A DNA stretch of 64,000 bases from Candidatus Poribacteria bacterium. Lineage in GTDB: Bacteria; Poribacteria; WGA-4E; PCPOR2b. Location of the stretch: positions 320,001 through 384,000 of the forward strand of contig OZ242351.1 in NCBI GenBank assembly GCA_965208675.1. The letters run 5' to 3'. Below the pieces are notes generated by a model. That model was not told the DNA's origin. It worked only from the letters and a program-made list of their open reading frames with translations, and searched no databases. Both the position numbers and the translations under genes were made by a program. Positions 57,155 to 64,000 of this stretch are shown here, one piece after another; the stretch's first letter is position 1, and each line of letters starts with the position of its first letter.

Positions 57155-58660
57155 TCAACTGAGTTTCAGAACGGTATGCCCATACTCAAATGCGCCGGGT
57201 GAAGAGCCGTTGAACACTTTGGCTTCGAGTCCCCAAGCAATTTTGTAAGCGGCAAGAATCGGGACAAGCGAGTTAGAAACGTCACCGTATGAAAGTACCG
57301 CAACGGTTCCACCTCCCCCGCCCGCGGTAATTCTAGCGCCGTATAATCCGCCCGATAGGCCAATTTTTCGCACCGATTGCACAATCTGTTCAATTTGAGG
57401 GGATCCCAGTCCCACTCGCGACCGGTAACTCCAGTTCGAATCGTACATGAGTTTTCCGGCTTGCTTCAAGCACGCTTGAGTTTTTGTGGGAAATTCGTTT
57501 GATTTTTTCAGATGGTCGATAAATTTCTTTACCCGTGCGTGTTCATAAATCGGATGTTCAACGCGGCTTCGAATTCGATAATTCTTTTTAGCATCTACAT
57601 GAGTGAAATTATCCACAGTTTCGCCGTACCGGTTCAGGAAATCTCTACCTTTCATCTCTACAGGCAGGATTTTCCAACCCTTCTCCCGAAATTTCTCCAC
57701 GGTGAGTCTGCATAAATAGTTTTCTCGCAGCTCCTTCAGTTTCAACTCCTTTTGAAGAATTGTCAATCCCATAAACGCCGCCGTTCGTGCATCAATATAC
57801 GCCAAACTTGACGTATTCCGCTTTGCCCCGCTGTGAATGCCAATTAATTTTACATTTGGAGGTAGCGGTACAGATTCGAGAACTTGATCGGGCTGGCATA
57901 GTATCGAAAGAACCTTGTCCCTTCGTCCTGATGCAGCCGAGATTCCAACCGCGATGCTGCGCGGCGTTCCAACAATCTGGTTTTCTACAATCTGTCCAAG
58001 ACGCGCAATTTCGTGGGCGTTGAGATTTAGTCCATACAAATGACTAATTGCGCACAGCATAGCAACTTTAATGGCAGCAGACGCCCCCATCCCAGCGCCG
58101 ACTGGAATGTTACTTCGGACAACCAGGGTAGCACCGTGAGGAAAAGCGTCGACTTTCTTCTCTTTAAGAAGCACAAAAAAGCTGCTGAGAACATATCCTG
58201 CCCACGGTGCATTGGGATTGCGCGCAAAGAGTTGATTTGCCTCAATATAGGATTTGAGCGTTCCATTTGTGTAAAAGTCGTCAAGAGAGATCTGAAAGCT
58301 ACGATAATGATTGGATCTTTCAGTGACATACGTCAGTGACTTCAGTAACCTATCTTTTCTCGCCTGACAACCCGCTACCACAGCAGGTTCAATCGTCGCC
58401 TGAAAAACGTTAGCGCCGCAATAGTCAGCGATGCCCCCCATCACATCGAGTCGTCCCGGTGCTCTAGCGATATAAATTGTCCCCGACTTTTCAAAACCAA
58501 ATTCACCATAAATCTGGTGGTCCTCGTGGCGAAGCATTGATTCAAATTCAAGCACATCATTAGGTTTGTTTCTTGGACCGAAAGTTTGCTCGATTTCGAT
58601 GGGCTTCCTAATCTCCTTCGGATCCGGGTAGACATCCATAAGATACCAGCAACATTTCAA
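57155..58660 (-). CDS. GHMP-fold galactokinase/L-arabinokinase-like protein with degenerate catalytic motifs
   Basis: RAPGRLDVMGGIADY, PVGAGMGASAA, VENQIVG, HPIYE and YGARITAGGGGGTV; the CGxMDQ motif is replaced by RSIAVG. Confidence 0.85.
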   Translation of the reverse strand: MKCCWYLMDVYPDPKEIRKPIEIEQTFGPRNKPNDVLEFESMLRHEDHQIYGEFGFEKSGTIYIARAPGRLDVMGGIADYCGANVFQATIEPAVVAGCQARKDRLLKSLTYVTERSNHYRSFQISLDDFYTNGTLKSYIEANQLFARNPNAPWAGYVLSSFFVLLKEKKVDAFPHGATLVVRSNIPVGAGMGASAAIKVAMLCAISHLYGLNLNAHEIARLGQIVENQIVGTPRSIAVGISAASGRRDKVLSILCQPDQVLESVPLPPNVKLIGIHSGAKRNTSSLAYIDARTAAFMGLTILQKELKLKELRENYLCRLTVEKFREKGWKILPVEMKGRDFLNRYGETVDNFTHVDAKKNYRIRSRVEHPIYEHARVKKFIDHLKKSNEFPTKTQACLKQAGKLMYDSNWSYRSRVGLGSPQIEQIVQSVRKIGLSGGLYGARITAGGGGGTVAVLSYGDVSNSLVPILAAYKIAWGLEAKVFNGSSPGAFEYGHTVLKLS

Positions 58661-58754
58661 CCACTGTAGTATCGGGAATTGCGATTGGATTAAAATCGAA
58701 AAATCGATCTTTGAAAAGTTCCATTGCAGCGTTCAAAATCCGGTGTGATTCACG

Positions 58755-60359
58755 CTATGGATTTACTACTTTGACAGTTTCACCATCTTTTAGAGAATGC
58801 TGGCCAGCAACAACAACTTGTTCTTCATCGGAGATACCCGTAGCGATTTCAATAATGGGACCTTGGGATAAGCCAAATTCAACCTGCCTTCGTTCACTGA
58901 ATCCGTCATCAACAACAAAGACGCTCCGGACGTTTCTCGCACTATCCTCAATAACCGCGGACCTGGGGATAAGTATTGCGTTATCATGTACTGCAACGGT
59001 AATAGTCACCTTTGCAAACATACCCGGTTTAAGCTTCATCGACGAGTTATCAATTGTAAACTCCACCCGCGCTGATCGGCTGCTCGGTTCAAGTGTTGGG
59101 CTGATGAATGTGACTTTCCCAACCACCGGATCGGAAAGGGCGTCGACCTGAACCCTTCCTTGGCCGTTAGGGTCAAGCTTGTTCAAGTCAGATTCAATTA
59201 CGCTGATTACCGCTTTCACGGTATCCATATCAACAATATCAAAGATTGGCGCGCTCGGTGTAGCCATGCCGCCGAGATCGAGGTAGCGATTCGACACTGT
59301 ACCGGAAATTGGCGCTGAAATTGTCGCATCATCAAGCCGCACATTGGCAAGGTCAAGGGTAGCTTTTGCCCGTATCATTGCGGTTTCTACAGCGATAATC
59401 TCAGCTTCCCAACTTTTTGCGGTTTCTAGTGCTTTTGCGCTCGCAAGTGCGGCTCTTGCCGCTTCAACTTGCGATTCCGCTAGCGCTTTATCCTTCTCCC
59501 ATGTTTTCGTTTCGGCTTGGGCGCGTGCAACCTTGAGCAACGCTTCCGCGCCCTCGACTTGGGCTTCCATCGAACGGATGTCCTCTTCTCGCGCACCATT
59601 TTCGATGAGCCGCATCTGTTCTACGGCGACATCATACTGCGCATTTGCAACATCTAGCTGTGTTTGTGAACTCTCAAAGGACTGTGCACTGATTGCGCCG
59701 GTTTCAAAGAGTCTTTTCATGCGATTGAAATTACTTTTGGCATTTGCCAGGTTAGCGTCCGCTTGGTTGACAGATGCTTGCGCCTGATTTCGATCTTCAT
59801 CACGCGCCCCGCGTTTAATCTTTTCAAGGTTGGCTTGAAGTGAATGTAAACTGGCTTCCGCTTGTTCGGTTTGCGACATGGTGCGCATTTGAGCCAGATC
59901 CAAAACCTGCTGAAGTGAAGTTTCCGCGCCAGCGAGCTGAGCACGTGCTTGAGCAACCTGCGAATCAACCCTTACTTTGGCAAGCTTTTTCGCTTGATCA
60001 TGCGCGGTTTCGGCCGCCTGGTAAGCCGCCTCCGCTTGGCGCAATTGGAGCTTGAGTGTTTCATGTTCAATGATTGCTAAGGTATCTCCTTTTCGCACTC
60101 GGATGCCTTCGTCAACACGCATCACAATAACTTTACCGGCGATTTCGGGAAAAACCGTTACGTTCGAGTTAGCTTCTATAGTTCCGGACAACTTCAACTC
60201 TTGTCGTATTTCGCCACGCCTAGCCTTTATGACCTCAACCGGTTTGGCGGGCGAAGCGGCTACTTCGGTCGGTTTTGTGCGCTGATTGATAACGAATCTT
60301 AGTGTAATTGCCACAAAGAACACCAAAATAACGGTCGCGATAATCATTACTCTTCTCAA
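58755..60359 (-). CDS. Efflux periplasmic adaptor (membrane fusion protein) with a long helical hairpin
   Basis: N-terminal TM, VDEGIRVRKGDTLA, ISAPISGTV, LKPGMFA and VVVAGQHSL; repeated GARxED. Confidence 0.93.
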   Translation of the reverse strand: MRRVMIIATVILVFFVAITLRFVINQRTKPTEVAASPAKPVEVIKARRGEIRQELKLSGTIEANSNVTVFPEIAGKVIVMRVDEGIRVRKGDTLAIIEHETLKLQLRQAEAAYQAAETAHDQAKKLAKVRVDSQVAQARAQLAGAETSLQQVLDLAQMRTMSQTEQAEASLHSLQANLEKIKRGARDEDRNQAQASVNQADANLANAKSNFNRMKRLFETGAISAQSFESSQTQLDVANAQYDVAVEQMRLIENGAREEDIRSMEAQVEGAEALLKVARAQAETKTWEKDKALAESQVEAARAALASAKALETAKSWEAEIIAVETAMIRAKATLDLANVRLDDATISAPISGTVSNRYLDLGGMATPSAPIFDIVDMDTVKAVISVIESDLNKLDPNGQGRVQVDALSDPVVGKVTFISPTLEPSSRSARVEFTIDNSSMKLKPGMFAKVTITVAVHDNAILIPRSAVIEDSARNVRSVFVVDDGFSERRQVEFGLSQGPIIEIATGISDEEQVVVAGQHSLKDGETVKVVNP

Positions 60360-60593
60360 CTTGATATCTCCGTCAATGTAATAATTTAAATTTCACACAG
60401 TGCAACGTTTAATGTCAATTCTTATATTGATCTGTCATCAGAAAACACTACGCCGACGCTTATAATCTTAGCGGCAACAATGGAAAATGGACTTGTTATC
60501 GGGCAATCGTGCCACACGCGGAATTTACCGTTTTAATACAAACACAAATGTGGAATTCACAATGACATTACGATTGTGAGTTGCAACTAACAA

Positions 60594-61982
60594 CTAGCCA
60601 TCCAACTTTTGCCCGGTAGCCTTTTCCAATTTTTTTAACCCAACCACATAATCATACAATGATTGGAGGCGATTGACCTCGGCCTGTGTCAGGGCAAGCT
60701 GAGCGTCGGTGAATTCAACGCTCGTGATTATGCCGTTTTCGTAGCGTAAGTTAGCAATTCGCAAACTTTCCCGCGCCTGCTCAACTGTATTCTTCTGGAC
60801 CTCGATTAATGCTTTCGCTTCAACCAAGTTCAGGTAGGCGGACCTAACCTCAAACTCAATGCCGTCAATCATTTGGTGCTTGCCAAGCTGCGCCTGCCTC
60901 AATGCTGTCTCGGATTCCTGAACCGCGGCTTTGGTCGCAAAGCCATCGAAGATAGGCAAGTTTAGCGAGAAACCGAGATTCCAAATGCGGTTCATCTCCC
61001 TCAATCTCTCATTATCATCCACCTGATAGTTCGCAAAAAAGGAGATATCGGGTCGGCTGCCTGTTTTTGCAACAGCGACACGTTTCTGATTTGCCTGTTC
61101 ATTGAAACCAAATTGATGAATCTCAGGTCGGTGTGTTTTCGCCGTTAGTATTAATGTTTCAAGGTCGAGTTCTACGTTTGGTGCATCGAAATCGCCTTTT
61201 ACGTTTACAATTTCAGTGAGATTAATGTTCAGGATGTTTTTATATGCATTCTTCGCGGTTCTTGCGGTATTTTGTGTGCGTATTAACTGAGACTTTGCGT
61301 TAGCCAGCTGCACCTCTGCGCGCAGGACGTCAAATTTTGTTGCAGCCCCTGAATCGAACAGATTTCGCGCAATTTGAAGCTGTTTCTCCACTAAATCGAC
61401 AGTCTGTTGAGATACCTTTACAAATTCTACGGCAAGTAGAACGCCGTAAAAGGCTTCAGAAACGTCTAATGCAAGTTGATTGTGTGCAGCTTCTAGCTCT
61501 TTTCTCACGCCGAACAAATTCAACTTTGCACTCTGGTAGTTGTAATAGTATCGCCCCCAGGCGAAAATCGGTTGTCTTAAGGCAGCTTCGCCGCGAACAT
61601 TTTGGTGGGCTCCAAACTCCAACTCAAAAACATCTGATGCATCATCGTTTTCTTCAACACCTTGGGATGGCAGGAAATTCCCTGCACCCGGAAGACCAAA
61701 ACCACCTGTCTGAATCACAGATTTAGCAAGATTTGGGGTATAAGTGTAACTACTAGTAATTGCAACGTTTGGCAACAAACCTGCGCGAGCGGCGCGCACC
61801 GACGCCTCGGCGGATTTCACACGCTCCTGAACGGATTGACTTGAAAGATTTGACTGTTTTGCGAGTTCAATACTTTCTTCTAAGGTCAAAGTTTTTGCCG
61901 CATGGACTTGCGAGATGGAGCTGTACATAATCAGCAGAACAATTCCTAAGTTAAGACTCAGTGGGCGTTTTGAAAAATACAT
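60594..61982 (-). CDS. TolC family outer-membrane efflux protein
   Basis: LTLEESIELA, GLLP, QPIF, GAATKFDVLRAEV, LPIFDG and RYENG; ATG 61982 after GGAGG. Confidence 0.93.
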   Translation of the reverse strand: MYFSKRPLSLNLGIVLLIMYSSISQVHAAKTLTLEESIELAKQSNLSSQSVQERVKSAEASVRAARAGLLPNVAITSSYTYTPNLAKSVIQTGGFGLPGAGNFLPSQGVEENDDASDVFELEFGAHQNVRGEAALRQPIFAWGRYYYNYQSAKLNLFGVRKELEAAHNQLALDVSEAFYGVLLAVEFVKVSQQTVDLVEKQLQIARNLFDSGAATKFDVLRAEVQLANAKSQLIRTQNTARTAKNAYKNILNINLTEIVNVKGDFDAPNVELDLETLILTAKTHRPEIHQFGFNEQANQKRVAVAKTGSRPDISFFANYQVDDNERLREMNRIWNLGFSLNLPIFDGFATKAAVQESETALRQAQLGKHQMIDGIEFEVRSAYLNLVEAKALIEVQKNTVEQARESLRIANLRYENGIITSVEFTDAQLALTQAEVNRLQSLYDYVVGLKKLEKATGQKLDG

Positions 61983-62587
61983 CCAAATCCTCCGATAAAT
62001 ATGTATCGCATCACGGTAAGTGGCTTCAATTGGATTAGAATTGAGTAACAGGACTATGCCCACGGCTCGCTCTGAAGATTTAATCTCTTTGTTAGATTAC
62101 GGGTTAAAATTGCTGGGTGCACGGTTGAATATGCTCACATTCCTTTCGTGAATCAAACAATACGGAATTCGCTCGCAAGCTGCCGCTAGATAGCGTACAA
62201 TTGATGCGTTTGGTTTCCCAAAACGGTGCCGTCGTGGTAAATCTTGGGGTCGGTTTGAGTTCAGAGGATGCTGTCATGCTGGAGATTATTACAAACGGCT
62301 GTAAGGCGGTGCTCATCGGTCGGACAGAACATAATCCGCCGCCGGTAGGCGCTTTTTCAGATATCAGGTAATTTAACGAACTGCGTTACGCGCACTGCAC
62401 AATCAGTCCATTCGTAGGAATGCACGCCGTCGCGGGTGAGCGAAATCTGGCTTTTCGATAGTGCAATTTCTTAAGCAGGACAACTGCTCATTTATCATCC
62501 TTCCAATTTCGTTTGCATTGTAGGCGCGGCGGGCGAATGTTGGCTCATTAAGGCGTTCCGACGGTAGTGATTCAGGTAAATTCGCAA

Positions 62588-64000
62588 TTAATATTTCAGG
62601 ATTGTTCCCCATTCGCCAACAGCCCAGACCAATCCGTTCTTAGATTCAGTAATATCAGTGAGATTCGTCTTTGTATTGCTCTCTTGGGCAAGCCAAGTTA
62701 CGCCGCCGTCAACTGTGTGCAAGATTGTCCCTTTGTCTCCGACAGCCCATCCCTCCATTTCGTTAATGAAACAGATCCCGTTCAAGTTTTCGCTTGTTGG
62801 CGTAATCTGTTGAGACCAGGTAATACCGCCATCTTTCGTGCCGTATACGGCGCCTTGTGACCCAGCGATCCACGCGGTGTTTGAATTAAGTGCGAAAACC
62901 GACTTTAATTCATCCGGCCCTGCCCTTTGAACAGTCCACGTCTGGCCGCCGTCAACGGTCTTGATTATGGTCCCCGCCGCCCCGACCGCCCAGCCGGAAT
63001 TTGCGTCAACGAAATAGACGCCAAACAGGTTATTGAAGCCGACCGACATGTCCCCGGAGTCCTGACCGATCCATGTGTCGCCGCCATCGTCAGTACGCAT
63101 AATCTTGCCTATTTCCCCAACTCCCCAGCCGTGCGATGAGGTTGAAAAGTGCAAATCATAAAAACCGAGGGCGCCTTTCCATGACATCGAATCCTCGAAC
63201 TGAATTCGCTGCACCGTGCCGTGGCCTTCATCACGCGGATCACTGAAGCCCTCCCAAGTCTCACCGCCGTTGACGGTTTCGATTAGCGTGGCGTTACTGC
63301 CAACAATATAGCCCTTGTTCGCATTCACGAAGCCGATGCCAAATAGCTCAAAGACGTTGTTGCTCGTTTGTTCTTTCCAAAGCGTTCCACCATCTTGAGT
63401 GTGCAATACCGCTCCTCCTAAACCAACAGCCCATCCTAATTTATCATCGAAGAAATGGACTGTGGTGAGGTGGTTATTGCTGGCAACGACTTCCCAAGAT
63501 GCGCCGCCGTCTCGGCTATGGATGATAGTGCCGAATGCGCCGACAGCCCATGCGTCTTGAGGGGTAACGAGTTGGATCGCGTTGATTCGGCTAGGCACAG
63601 GCCTTGGTTCAAGCGGCGTCCACTCCTTGCCGCCATCCGTAGTCCTCAAAATTACGCCAAACTCCGCTGAAGCCAGTCCGTGGTGGGCGTCAATAAAATG
63701 GATTCCCCAAATTGGTTCGGGCATTCCGTTCGAGTGCGGCACGCGGCTTTCCTGTGCCGTCCAAGTGGTTCCACCGTTGTTCGTGTGTACAAGTGCGCCA
63801 TTCCCGCCGGCAGCCCAGCCTTCTTCATCGCCGCGCATAAATATGGCATCAAGCGGTGAAGCTGTCCGGCTATTCTGGGGTTTCCAGGTCTGCCCGGCAT
63901 CCATGGTATGAATGAGAGTACCGCCATCGCCCGCTGCCCATCCCATTTGAGCGTTCGTAAAGTGGATGCCCTTTATAGCGTTATTTGTGCCAGAATTTTG
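62588..64000 (-). CDS. YCF48/BNR-repeat beta-propeller protein (5' end beyond the window)
   Basis: About ten GWAVG..G.I..T.DGG.TW repeats; the frame stays open to the window edge. Confidence 0.9.
   Translation of the reverse strand, partial: QNSGTNNAIKGIHFTNAQMGWAAGDGGTLIHTMDAGQTWKPQNSRTASPLDAIFMRGDEEGWAAGGNGALVHTNNGGTTWTAQESRVPHSNGMPEPIWGIHFIDAHHGLASAEFGVILRTTDGGKEWTPLEPRPVPSRINAIQLVTPQDAWAVGAFGTIIHSRDGGASWEVVASNNHLTTVHFFDDKLGWAVGLGGAVLHTQDGGTLWKEQTSNNVFELFGIGFVNANKGYIVGSNATLIETVNGGETWEGFSDPRDEGHGTVQRIQFEDSMSWKGALGFYDLHFSTSSHGWGVGEIGKIMRTDDGGDTWIGQDSGDMSVGFNNLFGVYFVDANSGWAVGAAGTIIKTVDGGQTWTVQRAGPDELKSVFALNSNTAWIAGSQGAVYGTKDGGITWSQQITPTSENLNGICFINEMEGWAVGDKGTILHTVDGGVTWLAQESNTKTNLTDITESKNGLVWAVGEWGTILKY

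Noticed and set aside
62064-62587. Short ORFs in the gap between the YCF48 gene and tolC
   Set aside because: No SD, motifs or consistent frame; treated as non-coding.
420-63927. Numerous antisense or alternate-frame ORFs in the six-frame track
   Set aside because: They overlap well-supported genes and have no motifs or ribosome-binding sites.
1-64000. tRNA, rRNA, prophage, integron or defence-system genes
   Set aside because: No cloverleaf, rRNA signature, integrase, transposase or nuclease/ATPase defence motifs were found. The HEPN-like domain in the sulfite reductase shows no clear RxxxxH RNase motif.

Overview
Bacterial chromosomal segment of roughly 50% GC, densely coding and mostly on the minus strand. 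It most likely comes from Candidatus Poribacteria or a close relative. This is an inference from a secreted protein ending in the 'LLQNYPNPFNPETWIPY' FlgD/T9SS-like C-terminal domain, a DUF6785-type membrane protein, ASPIC/UnbV and TPR proteins, and PorV-like and YCF48 proteins. The window holds about 47 CDS. Housekeeping genes are scattered outside their usual operons (ftsZ, infA, gatB, lpdA, queC, mnmA, rlmN, nfi, pckG, pncB). Sulfur and molybdopterin relay genes include a sulfite reductase-TusA fusion, fdhD, moaD, moaE and a cysM-like synthase. There are also peptidases, oxidoreductases and envelope proteins. No rRNA, tRNA, CRISPR array, integrase or transposase is visible. The most notable observations are: (1) nested GTAG-type REP clusters forming 188-bp direct repeats on both sides of an M42 peptidase gene, carrying a 28-bp mini-module that also sits in unrelated sequence upstream of pckG; (2) a GlmU-like nucleotidyltransferase fused to a DUF89/ARMT1 phosphatase; (3) an arabinokinase-like GHMP protein lacking the catalytic Asp (possible pseudokinase); (4) MoaD with a blocked GG-IHV C-terminus overlapping moaE; (5) a probable ATC start codon for vanZ; (6) IF-1 with a possible basic N-terminal extension; (7) a structured leader of about 210 nt before an orphan ftsZ. 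All calls come from motif recognition only; no database searches were run.
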